Assembly (NCBI GenBank): GCA_964459075.1
Contig: CAYWKE010000001.1
Span: 4,626-68,625, forward strand
Length of the DNA: 64,000 nt
Origin: an uncultured Candidatus Saccharibacteria bacterium
Lineage (GTDB): Bacteria > Patescibacteriota > Minisyncoccia > Phycocordibacterales > UBA12088
Direction: 5' to 3'
The position numbers and the translations under genes are program-made. Numbering within the stretch: position 1 is the first letter of the stretch; each line of letters opens with the position of its first letter. Under the pieces are notes generated by a model that worked only from the letters and a program-made list of their open reading frames with translations, was not told the origin of the DNA and did not search any database. Positions 44,001-48,659 of this stretch are shown piece by piece.

Positions 44001-46299
44001 CCACTGCCACATCTGTCACTTCCGCTTCGAGTTGCGCCCCGTCCGCATCCTCCTGCGCACCTGGTATTGGCGCATCCAATGCGTCGGTCTGCTCGGGTTC
44101 ACCCACAGACTCCGCACCATCGCCTGCAACTGCTACACTCTCCTCTTCTGCAGCCTCCTGCTCAGCAAGGAGTGCTGCCATCTCTTCGTCACTCTCAACT
44201 CCACTCTCACGCGTTCCTCCTTGCTCGCCCAGGGTAGTGGTTGCGGCGGGAGACGTCTCGTCTTGTTCTTCCACGTCTTCGGTATCATCAGCATCGCCAG
44301 GGGCTGTTTGAGGTGTCGTCGTCGGTATCGTGGACTCGGCGTCGGGCGCAGGTGTTTCAGTATCAGCTCCACTCAGTTCTTCTTCATCTTGTGCGTCGGC
44401 AGGTTCGGGCGTGGGTGCTGGCTCAGATGGTGCATCCGTTTCTTCGGAAGACCGCGTGTCAGATGCTTCGATCTCCTCAGACCCATCTGCATCATCGACA
44501 AGCTCCCACCCCGCCTCACAGAAGTAGCCGGTCTGCGCATACTCAGGTATGCGCAGGGTCTTGGGGACGTTGCGCGTCCACTGCTTCAGCGAGGTCACCT
44601 CCCCTTTTGCGTCCGGTAGGTGCAGCATGAGTCGGAAGTCATCCTGCCGTTCGCTCTCATTGGTGACGTTGAAGTACACCGTGGCTTTCGTGAGGCCATG
44701 GTAGGTCCTTCGGTCGCTCTTGATGATGAGGTTCTCGTTGTCATTGCTGTCGGTGAAGGTGAAGTCGATGCGCTCTTCTCCGGTAAGCAAGATGTCTGGG
44801 TGACGCGACGCGTCCTCAGCACGAAGCTCAGGAACGACGTTCTCACCGTCGATGGTCTGATCATCCTGCCATCGCGGCGCATCGTAGGTTGCATCGATCC
44901 ACAGACTCTCGAGGTACACGTTGGTCTCAACGTCACTGTTGCGAACGAACTCGAGCTGCACCACCAACTCATCGAGCTCATCCCACGCATCGATCTCGGG
45001 AAGTGCAAAGAGGAAGTGGCCGCCGTTCTGACTGTTCGAGAGCTCGTTCGTTATCGCGATCTCACCAGCGAGGTACCAGTGGTCGCGGTAGCGATAGCGG
45101 ACGAAGACCTTATCATCCTGGAACGCCTCACCAACACGCTCCGCACCAAGAGAGAGGCGCAGGGCGAGCGTGCGAATATCCTCATCCGGCACGAACGAGC
45201 CGATGGAGAATCCTTCGAACTCGAGGATGTTGCAGGGGGTACCACGCACCTCACAGATGGTTGCGGCCTCATCAGCATGCTCGGGGCGCGCTGGCGTCGT
45301 TTCATCATCGCTCGTATCGGCACCACCACCACCTTCATCGGTGCCAGCATCGTCGTGTGAGTCGCCCGCGGACTCGTCTTGAGAAGCGCCGGATCCAGAG
45401 CTCGCTCCCCCTGCAGATCCCTCAGTCGCCTCCTCAGTACCCTCTCGTGGTGAGGTGGTCGCCGTTGTCGTCGCACGTACTTCTTCCTGCAGGTCTGTTT
45501 CGGGAGCCACTTCCGCGCTTGAGGTCGCCTCGGTGTCCACCGCCACGTCGTCACCCTCATCTACTTCGACCTCATCCGCTACCTGCTCTTCTTCCAACTC
45601 CTCCTCGTTGGATCCACGTGCGGTATCCTCTTCGATAGCTTCGGCTTGATCCTCGACCGGTGACCCCTCGGATGGTGCCTGTGGTGACGACTCGTCCGGT
45701 GTGACGTTCGTATCTGTGTCGGGGTCGAGTGTGTCGGTCTCTTCGATCTCTGGCTCGGGTTCTGGGATGGACTCGGGATCTGGCGTTGGCTCGGGTTCTG
45801 GTTCTGGCTCTTGGGTGGGTTCGGGGTCTGGTGTAGGTTCAGGGTCTGGTGCCGGCTCCTCAGATACGACCGGCTCTGCTGCTGGCTCCTGTGCTCGCGC
45901 GGTGAGGGGCACGAACCGATGCGAGAGTCCCCGCACCACGTGCGGCAGGTACTCGATGAGCGCGGTCGTTGTTCCCTGTACGTCCGATGCTGTTGTGGTC
46001 GGCGTCGAGGTAGGGGTCAATTCAGGTATGTCGTCGATCTCACCTTGGGAGAAACCGATAAATGCCGAGTTCTCTTTCGAGAAATCGCTCAGAATGGCCT
46101 GGCCTGAGAGTTCCTGCGAACGAGCTGCGTCCACGTTCTCCCATCCCGCACCGCGCACATCGCTTGGAAAAATGTGGATGGTCTCTTCTTCGATCGATGC
46201 CCACCCGTACGCACTCCACAATAGGACAGAGCCCACCACGCCTACCAATAAAAGCGCGGCTCTCCAAGCAGCGTTCCTCCTTGAAACGGAAAACCTCAT
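26002..46299 (-). CDS. giant modular cell-surface protein (~6765 aa): signal peptide, acidic Pro/Glu tracts, four DUF2341-like domains (three followed by a LamG-like domain), FN3-like domains, beta-solenoid-like repeats, large internal duplications
   Basis: Single uninterrupted ORF 26002..46347 (20.3 kb). The track start is a GTG, and the ATG at 46297-46299 gives a classical signal peptide 'MRFSVSRRNAAWRAALLLVGVVGSVLLWSAYGWA'. DUF2341-like motifs occur four times ('WQYRIPIEIDNLGN...', 'WPNRIPITIQASQVDEELSNFPVYVDL...YYVYYGN', 'WLNRTEITIQASQVDTNVTDFPVYLDL...FYVYYGN', 'WGYRKRITVSNSGGALTNYPIQVTIDH...IYVYYGN'). Three of them (the second, third and fourth) are followed by a LamG/ConA-like region ('...TVEVWVNPDA...LTLDGRLDMVRVSS', '...LIASWWVNTT...LDELRFS'). 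Codon usage and composition are coding-like throughout. Confidence 0.85.
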   Translation of the reverse strand: MRFSVSRRNAAWRAALLLVGVVGSVLLWSAYGWASIEEETIHIFPSDVRGAGWENVDAARSQELSGQAILSDFSKENSAFIGFSQGEIDDIPELTPTSTPTTTASDVQGTTTALIEYLPHVVRGLSHRFVPLTARAQEPAAEPVVSEEPAPDPEPTPDPEPTQEPEPEPEPTPDPESIPEPEPEIEETDTLDPDTDTNVTPDESSPQAPSEGSPVEDQAEAIEEDTARGSNEEELEEEQVADEVEVDEGDDVAVDTEATSSAEVAPETDLQEEVRATTTATTSPREGTEEATEGSAGGASSGSGASQDESAGDSHDDAGTDEGGGGADTSDDETTPARPEHADEAATICEVRGTPCNILEFEGFSIGSFVPDEDIRTLALRLSLGAERVGEAFQDDKVFVRYRYRDHWYLAGEIAITNELSNSQNGGHFLFALPEIDAWDELDELVVQLEFVRNSDVETNVYLESLWIDATYDAPRWQDDQTIDGENVVPELRAEDASRHPDILLTGEERIDFTFTDSNDNENLIIKSDRRTYHGLTKATVYFNVTNESERQDDFRLMLHLPDAKGEVTSLKQWTRNVPKTLRIPEYAQTGYFCEAGWELVDDADGSEEIEASDTRSSEETDAPSEPAPTPEPADAQDEEELSGADTETPAPDAESTIPTTTPQTAPGDADDTEDVEEQDETSPAATTTLGEQGGTRESGVESDEEMAALLAEQEAAEEESVAVAGDGAESVGEPEQTDALDAPIPGAQEDADGAQLEAEVTDVAVEPTPATSTTSVESQETATVDERPEESIDFTDPDLTNEELLQALLAERAESEATSTASTQRQRYSCASSEEERWCDELSEDGVTCVDDRARIGSREETVYRDTWMAHSVAPGERNMEIGNFRRLANFFGGGLPRKPVPEYFDVKNSSENTYRIEPGQTLYFEMEISYPARTLGEFWIEAIGKKGSYGLLDPWWDGFWQYRIPIEIDNLGNANDLSEYQIYVEIDESLSDFWASVREDGGDIRFTSEQGEDQADWFDDAWPNRIPITIQASQVDEELSNFPVYVDLADLGPTFFSGIATSVDADIRVADADGNQVPREIVSASTTAQTGELYFRATSLSSTTDTTYYVYYGNAAAPLVADTDANGAVNVWDSNFALVTHMEDLTSSTIENSAGSSNDGTKQSSDNPAETNGRFGNAQDFFEDDVSHGDLGISTTHTVEVWVNPDALIGFNGGGDRRTDQYGYTILASAPGSGGVYAPWFTLGGTGGAADELRYCAYQSSATCNQSSAANLVTGQWYYMSATAVQGGSTIVKVNDNQVLSYTNAGDENFGNTFTLGDLRPGRQLTLDGRLDMVRVSSVVRSDGWLSATYRNMATATDFYATSTPEVNDPYTVTELDHWVQYFDYNGSTTAIWVQVDEIPANSTSTMYLYYGNGLATSLSDAFAPFTHTSLVDMHHVVRDDFGGGDTIEVYSLIDGNVVQLDTGATSSLDLGESISYGGGTFTATSVVRALGPIATKLEGGGNQDSLVPISFATDLFTIAVRTGSSANDEFHLFSPFGSSTVQLYNDTTLATTQVLATSTGASPVEDIVDGDIARVIATTPILLAYEFNTGDAITLYPATTRELYGINSLDTRVGQTQAGTSYEITCSGGTGASVSGQDVTAMYDASGNCTSGGDGNGAAVRISSSSAPIMSTQSRDGDGIEATSYWPEKEFATEFMLTDTGSYIAVACEPDSGEVNLAIVTATGSVQATGVCTPAGANPGKAYFGDDNSANFDPGWRIISTDTPPKPFYAIWEDQTDDDEQNFIAAPQSRQYAFPHPTVAFGAQETSNVPAWNMQDFRWYLNEDAQTPTDPWPLGSEDLDENASIGSDAAITAGDVLRLRVSMQLNNATSTALDDAFTLEVAQANIGDSCDLSSLAWNPVEQQSSSSAPWRGFDNASVAEQSAISATVLASTTDAGTYEEENNSAALSVDYAPGDILEFDWVLEANAPETNSSYCFRMVGVGGTAVISPANYPQLDTNSAPDEPIARTPFDNAKTGDLTPELTFTASDLAGDDLHYQVQLATTTDFSSTLVDVNSTVTGSPLSFTNISNTSDKAPFSAGQTIRFTVPGASALDNDVTHYWRIRARDPGGSDQWGPWSDPPLSFTTDTTIDVSTWFQTTEEQFVTDSLRGVFASTSDEVRLGGVVAEFGTVDLNNNEWTTVNLSGSYDDLVVVASPRYDETVDPRSPRVRNKGQTSFEIKVDNHAQTPTPSGVTVVDWLAVEAGDWTINDGGSGVRVVAGSETTDGQFGWDGGASVEVGTPANVVFAPAFSGTPVVLHTLASDNDPTWAATKADDGDSGDPPSDTNLRLQILTSYANNDHTAAEEIDYVAFEEFHGTTSAGVEMDAAFQTTGGNLGLDGIFDDPTHNIPWTRQFLSLPVVYIVAQGGENGGNGSWALRDTEVAVTVTDFYGSVDEDGPDNTRNGHADEEGSVIGFSAASGTIENAFDGTLEGTAIDFDDGAIGNKWGSFSWNDDQTTGSITYQLQYLSSSWLPIPDEDLPGNEAGTTTGPFDLIDLDTETYNVIRPVAIFSSPSTTTGPILYDWTVQWREGVLTPTTTSPFPYEQVASSTTQFFFETIDPQNESLVYEIQISSSTAFASGTLSFTSDSDPFGAFTRADGNPETSPFTSGEEIVFTASSSINLIDGDTYWWRVRARDLAGDNLFSFWSDERSFTIASTTAVSTWHQTTNEQFLRNSLTGITGVNDNLEIQSVIGEYGTIDVNGSDWTPVTLSQDFSDLVVVASVRYDAPDVRQRTARVRNKTTNSFEIKVDNDDGTTDPTGTTTIDWIAMESGTWSVENETGSVKLVADTAEDVTDIQSNGYSDSDGYRTIAFPISFDGSPVVLATVATENNSAWVTTFVNDGAALANEPTNSQFGVALGASFQTPPPMIEDIDWIAIDVGTGTNSGGEFDAVVTIDSVDGSDPDAINFTAPFTNGPPLVALVQQLGEKGGDGGWAVYNDSVPATSALIYATIDEENGDGGSRGHRTESVGVLAFELATGTLTRINEALTGTATSETITFSDGTGPKWGEVTWRDVTPATSTIRYYVEYATGTDWFLIPPADIPTNATGATTSPIDLGDLDFLTYSEIRLVAAFTCTDSGDCPVVEDWSVTWSEGIEVSGIARAYDRSALVTSGTVRVALDGVIQPSTATIQPDGTWTLTNVNALPGTVMTVFVDGGATTSRAVAVSVYDGIGDEEGMELYQRHLTLGSNKLMTFTNADLQQYDNSVAGDPDLFFDVDVNNDLDTCAVGGCVDANLYVLASTTYRPDSAGSGNVATHDVVVDGELIADGNTIALTGSWQNQGRFAAGTSLVRFDATSTTESIDSTGAATSSFYNLTFGNASGNATFTLATPLDVNGNLAIAYGTFSPGSASTTVARAFQISSTGSFQKGSATTTLDGTGSYAFNDFSTPKQDLGAIDITGTGRVAVMGSDIRLTDVRILSGATLDAGGAGNQLEVQGDFLNSGIFTPRTGEVLFSATTTGRTITPGVSSFYDVTFDGVGGNWAFSQPDVTALRDYTIATGTVTLATGVTTVGGSFRNTGGTFQHNNGQVTLTSATVGQQVEAGGSDFYQLRFNNPTGEWTFLDSAATTSDDFLVSQGNVILPSDTLSVGGDFTIDAGGSFDANDGEVILRTLAGPQTVRAGGSEFYDVTFTGLGVGGADWLDTAWLNRTEITIQASQVDTNVTDFPVYLDLSILGAEFFDSVQGDGDDIRITTDDGTTLVPREVVAIATSSGTGEVHFLAPSLSSTVDTSFYVYYGNPDDTGVADADQNGRNAVWAEYLAVFHLQEDASGITTNDLYTDSTGNGFDGDDRIGATGKSGKLGSGQEFDGNAGDFINLPISLVDGRDDLIASWWVNTTQSDSFAIVSGINAGNNNEYLLFFNGASEYRQYTGAGVGTSANYPIAPPANGGVWNYFVSERLDNPDDSNVFYNGVQETENPGVTHDTLSITANDLVIGQEQDVGQYNFDPGQALQGLLDELRFSTSSRAAGWYATEYNNQDAPATFMATSSQESRPGRTFVDLDAEVARHFTIESGLVNFPTDTLTVGGDFDAAGGEFTAGFGEVEFDATTTGFTIDPGDNPFYDVTVNSGAGGWEVIANATSTNDWTLAAAASFVAATGTRIEVAGELVNTIGAATVWSGSTLALTSATNYTLGAKAAADESYGTLRIGPNTDIRLWNSDAQSYAVDPSGSIYSQDHSGNDGELYIWGSYGRSSGGDYWSAGTDFDFTPLAGPAARPVSVRFADGASATYQGSAALSIVGTSTATTSVAAQGSGTYDLTLSGASLSAAYASFTDTATSGLELLASTTVTNFEPIAFVLSTDGATSLSLDATTIDENPDSQWFGLSFATSSGVATGSNVSATGSPASYWWFRDTTGSFAGEAFDDDPGGNPGNIRWDDSGFTVTISGTVYEDEGAGAGSSACATANVVRVVVDGGSSYTGSCDPVTGAYSVGGVQFSGDADIMAYLDNAGGGERAATVSRTPTGAIADFDLYESYVILRHEDVAALTTANLATYDSSDDADIPFTATTLPTDLTIAHDTALLVWSGKTFTPEGDVTLLSSGSGLFEDGTLRLAGSATLTMLGGETVTVGGSWIADGASTFTTATADLRFVATTTGKRISSPDDLYTMTFEGAGGEWTIQDPLTVNQSIALTDGTVLGTTTITLEVGSLSGNGVLNLTDGSLDLEGEGPFGGDSDWYVHDLTLGNGSSASTSKVGAGTTTISGTFTILGNHTFNAGDDLLRLTGSGNVLTGAGTFNAQTATTTYAGTSGVVIAARIYHDLVLAPEGAGSPTYTLAASTISVGRDLYVGNGSTSVSVTANTNDPILDVAGDFLIATSATYIAASANDTRIAGSYRNTGTLTAPITSTFVFDSADTGETIEPGDSPFANVRFLSASGGWAVLASATATAGWYLSDAASFAVASGTRIAVGGPFENELLDAATDWSTSTLALYGGASFSVNASSSDGDVYDELEVSGGTDVRLWNSVAATYDVGSTSSLYSQDHDRNDGDLYIWGAYQPTMGSDHWSYATDFDGTLLDATSSRPVSVVIASGSDIVVRGASLSVLGSTTATTTIEGDGAGTYALSVAGGSFSMRFASLRGVDAAGLTFTGAPTIGVFENNDLELEIDAGTIMTVGGTVIDANPLKTFRSNRFGTSTGVATGTNIIATGTSIATWRFPQAVGVLEGEDFDIDPGGDPGYLIWDDSDALITVQGRVYLDEGTTLVGSSVCDGSALNVTLVVGGAPATSTSCSDGPAVFTFTGIGFTEGDPLIVYLEGASGIQAATVTVDPVTNILDMDLYQDRVIVRHEDVNPITIVNMANHDSDDDANIPFDAEDAATDTLTLAAGTKLIVWGSKEFAPGGTMTLTPLGSGAPEDGSLHLYADALLTAQGTETYQIGGSFLVNGGASFAAASSTLEFTATTTGKSLDLNSSPLNTVRFIGAGGGWSFAESAATTTGDIEQAAGAVTFPSANLAINGSFEVTGGSFSAATTSTWRFISDSGAENVRLAGSAAPSMTFVGSSTFTFPESQATSTGDVSLSAGAAVFPSGTFAVGGSFDVSGGTMTAPGELRLVGSDLGETITLAGQSLASLTTAGDGSWSFAESAATTTGSLRALGGSLTAPASTLSIGGSFFAASSTTFSAGAGGMRFVGAGGGNTITTNSALLNEVIVNGTGSWSLTDNASTTGAVRLLAAGGFTQNAGTTLEVGGVFENRIGGATTWAAGSTLYLNSGLNFLVGAKTDAVETYATLQVGSTTDVALWRSSATVYDVATTGSLYSQDHLDQDGDLYIWGTYERTSGNEYWRHSIDFDGTALSGVNRRGVDVRVASGSQLLFTGGTLDIIGASGFVATTTIDVQGGSGAFGWEIAGGTFNMQRFTVSGLDAQGLTFTDAPTVSQLTQGEFILSADGGTMLTVASSTFDQNPTKLFAQVGFSTSTGVATGSNVTVSGTTANFWTFVNEFGVLAGEDYDLNDTDLCGAVRWADSTCLEVSQAHYRFRADNDGEGVPAEEWFDPSWGYRKRITVSNSGGALTNYPIQVTIDHVPGVGKMQPDFDDLRFTDSTGTTSIPYYIESKVDDAEAVVWVTLPTIPAGGTTPIYVYYGNAGVGSAASSSETFSFIDDFEDNDLDEYAPSSGLDKTRFGLSTSFNYQGAYGLAAASTQEGLQTENGGITQDAAGSAFGPGETLRVYQYVDTAEFDEPCFLFAVQGFGDNYAVCLDQFFNGDRVTLAQDVDWSDDSGTVVASTSVSFATDWYRIEIDWLLNDTLNVSVVRDSTDTEIASFSYSAGSPSEGGIGFSHWGQNGGFDFVTVRPYSATEPTTITGTEQVNDGASWSAAQDTVNARQQAEQNFRLRISVENSGAQITGQQFRLQYAEKGSFGTCEAVPSVEYDDVPAVAGCGLSPICMVASPQFFDQDPTTQLLDTDFMGTFVPGYLVEDSSNQSTSMDLDANEFTEIEYALEFTANANQNAYCLRTTDGGLELDSYPRVPEVRVLQIPVLGDWTLAGNYNGVIPITLTEGTTTAVIATGTVTDLNGSGDIIGATSTLYRSGLPSGEACTADDNSCYRLGNESCALDCAGTSCDITCTADVQFFAEPTDIGAFSGEHWLSYVIVEDRSGEVATATSLATELDTTFGITLTTEGIDFGTLTLGTTTGSVASSTLRNTGNTAIDVDLAGSNLTAPGSEILASNIRYATSTFTSASCAICNFLATTSNQFELDLPKPTSTVPIIDDIFWGITIPTGISGVTHEGINTFFAVSD

Positions 46300-46463
46300 T
46301 GAGTTGTCCACACAGACCGATAGGGTCTTGCGAAACAGACACCCCACAACCCCCGATCTGTACTCTCAGTATCTCACGAAGGGTACCTGCCAACCAGCAA
46401 AAACGTTGCCAAAACTGTGTATTTCTGATTGCTTTTGCGTCCGAGTGCGTACCCGACAACATA

Positions 46464-46491
46464 CACCCCGCACCAGCAAGGGCGCGGGGTG
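46464..46491 (-). terminator. hairpin between the cohesin gene 46511..48007 and the giant ORF (weak terminator or attenuator candidate)
   Basis: 8-bp inverted repeat CACCCCGC/GCGGGGTG with a 12-nt loop. The downstream U-tract on the minus strand is poor ('GUAUGUUGUCGG'). Confidence 0.3.
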
Positions 46492-46510
46492 TATGGTGGC
46501 GTGTGGGTGA

Positions 46511-48007
46511 TTACTTCACGAGCTTGCGCACGTCCTCGATCTCCTTGTCGAGGAGCTCCTCCGAGATCGAAAGCGCGTCTTTCAACCCTTCCAAGAGCTG
46601 TCGTTCGTTGTCGGTCATATTCGGTTTGTGGGCCAGGGTAAGGACCTTCTCCTCTATCTCCTCGCGCAGGACATCGAAGATGCTGACTAGTCGCTCAGAG
46701 GCTTCGATGGCCTCGACCTTGATGCGGTCGTACTCATCGGCGCGTTTTCGACGCTCTATGATGATGATGCCGATCGCGATGGCAAGCAGGATGATGAAGA
46801 TCATGGAAACCCAGTAGACCGGTCCGAAGATGCCCGGACCTTCCTCCTCTTCCTCATCCCCTGGCAGGGTTCCAGTGATGGTGACCGGCGCCTCAACCTC
46901 CGTGGTATTCCCCGCAAAGTCGGTCGCCACGACCGTCACCGTCTTCTCACCCGGTGTCATGTTGCCGACGGTCACGGAACCGCTCTCATCGAGCGCATTC
47001 GGGCTCACCCGATCGACCTCGAGACCATCGAGGAGTATCGCAAAGGTGTCGATGCCGGAGGTGAGATCGGTCGCGCCGGTGATGGTGACGGTGAACTCAA
47101 GATCGCCGCCGACGACGTCGATCTCAAAAGGCTCAGGCGGCGTCGTGTCGATGCGGATGGTCTTCTGTGTCGGGTCGCTCCACCCGTTGCGATTTTGGAA
47201 CGCGAGGAAGAAGTGCCAGACACCGTCAGCAAGGTCTTCGTAGACCGCATTGACCGTCGGCGGCTCGTGATCGGTGTACTCAATGTCTGATGAGGTCGAG
47301 CTCGTACCGATACCCATGCGGGTCGAACCGATGCCGGGGAGGATCTCCCAGTTGAACTCTGCATTGTTGATGGCGTACCACGTATCCTCCTCCTCGTGCG
47401 TCTCCGAATCGATACGTCGAGGCGGCTGCGGTGGTATGCCCCCGCCGCCAGAGCCGATCGCCGAGACGGGCTCCGGCTCGGGCGTTGGCGCGGGTGCCGC
47501 TGCGGTGATGGTGTAGGAAGCACTACCCGAGTCGCCGGTCACATCTTGTCCCGCGCCCGCAAGGATGGTTACCTCGTCGACCGAGACCGCTCCGGTACCG
47601 ATGGCCGTGCCGCGAAAGGTGATGGTCGCAATGTTGCTCGTGCGCGCAAGCGGTGTCGTACCGCCACCGCTGAAGGAAATGGTTCCCGCGCTTGCAGAGA
47701 ACGAAGGTTCTTCGACCCATAGGTTGAAGGCGCTCCCGTTCGTCGACACACTCGTGACCGACAGTACCGACGTATCGTAGCGGAGGGTTCCTTGCGCGGA
47801 GTTGACCGGGTCTCCCTCAGGATTGATGGCGATGTTGACCTGGAACGTACTCCCCTGTGCGTGGGAGCCACTCGATGGTGAGAACTGCAGCGATGCCGCA
47901 AGCGCCGGGTGGGCCCACGCGCCGACGATGCCGAAAGCGAGTACGACCCAAACGAGAGCGACGTACCTGCGGATAGATGAAGTGATCGATAGGTGCGGGG
48001 GGAGCAT
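46511..48007 (-). CDS. membrane-anchored cohesin-like domain protein (paralog family A)
   Basis: 498 aa. Signal 'RYVALVWVVLAFGIVGAWAHPALA'. Cohesin-like 'LQFSPSSGSHAQGSTFQVNIAINPEGDPVNSAQGTLRYDTSVLSVTSV...LWVEEPSFSASAGTISFSGGGTTP'. 'RIDTTPPEPFEIDVV' Ig-like region. TM 'VYWVSMIFIILLAIAIGIIII', then a cytoplasmic coiled coil ('...EAIEASERLVSIFDVLREEIEEKVLTLAHKP...'). Confidence 0.6.
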   Translation of the reverse strand: MLPPHLSITSSIRRYVALVWVVLAFGIVGAWAHPALAASLQFSPSSGSHAQGSTFQVNIAINPEGDPVNSAQGTLRYDTSVLSVTSVSTNGSAFNLWVEEPSFSASAGTISFSGGGTTPLARTSNIATITFRGTAIGTGAVSVDEVTILAGAGQDVTGDSGSASYTITAAAPAPTPEPEPVSAIGSGGGGIPPQPPRRIDSETHEEEDTWYAINNAEFNWEILPGIGSTRMGIGTSSTSSDIEYTDHEPPTVNAVYEDLADGVWHFFLAFQNRNGWSDPTQKTIRIDTTPPEPFEIDVVGGDLEFTVTITGATDLTSGIDTFAILLDGLEVDRVSPNALDESGSVTVGNMTPGEKTVTVVATDFAGNTTEVEAPVTITGTLPGDEEEEEGPGIFGPVYWVSMIFIILLAIAIGIIIIERRKRADEYDRIKVEAIEASERLVSIFDVLREEIEEKVLTLAHKPNMTDNERQLLEGLKDALSISEELLDKEIEDVRKLVK

Positions 48008-48025
48008 GCTAAAACGTGTCGCGGA

Positions 48026-48502
48026 CTACTCGACCCGAACGACGTTCATCTTGAACGCGTTCTTTGAGTGACCCTTCAGGGGAAGCGTCAGTACGAGAAC
48101 CCCGTCTTTCTCTTTCGCATCTGCTTCTTCGGGTTCGATCTCCTCAGGCAGGATGATCTGGCGGTAGAAGTCGCCCCAGCTGCACTCCTCGAGTGAGAAG
48201 TCGCCATGCGCGTTACCAATGAGATCCTCAGGGCGCACCGACGAACCACTGATCGTGATCACATCGTTCTGTCCTCCGATAGAAACATCGAGGGATGCGA
48301 GGTCAACCCCGGCGATCTGGGCGAACACCACGACCTCGTTGTCGGTCTGGAAGACATCGACCGGCAGCTGCAGCGCGTTGTGCACGGGCACCTCGCTCGG
48401 TGCCGCATTCGGCGCTTTGGGATGTGGTGCGGCCTGCTCTTCGCTCGCCGCATCTCCCTTCACTACCCCTTTCCCTTTAAGCTTCTCCATGAACGTCGCC
48501 AT
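48026..48502 (-). CDS. Hsp20/alpha-crystallin family small heat-shock protein
   Basis: 158 aa. ACD-like core 'LQLPVDVFQTDNEVVVFAQIAGVDLASLDVSIGGQNDVITISGSS...KDGVLVLTLPLK'. ATG at 48500-48502. Confidence 0.8.
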   Translation of the reverse strand: MATFMEKLKGKGVVKGDAASEEQAAPHPKAPNAAPSEVPVHNALQLPVDVFQTDNEVVVFAQIAGVDLASLDVSIGGQNDVITISGSSVRPEDLIGNAHGDFSLEECSWGDFYRQIILPEEIEPEEADAKEKDGVLVLTLPLKGHSKNAFKMNVVRVE

Positions 48503-48659
48503 AGCTGGGTCCCTTGGTTACGCGTTGCTAATGTACTCATCCCCCGATACGGTAGCGTGTTCGCCCCCACGGCGTCTGCACGCTGCATCAGACCTATATA
48601 GTATACCGAACAATCGAGTGCTCTGGTGAGTTCGTTTTGTGGATAAAACGTGTACAACG

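Noticed and set aside
42160-46817. Series of 130-270-aa plus-strand ORFs (42160..42828, 43819..44619, 44620..45360, 44889..45638, 45701..46510, 46062..46817) inside or opposite the giant gene
   Set aside because: All are antisense to the continuous 20-kb ORF. Their compositions are low-complexity (R/S/G/P-rich) and there is no domain signal. They are artefacts of high GC and absent stop codons.
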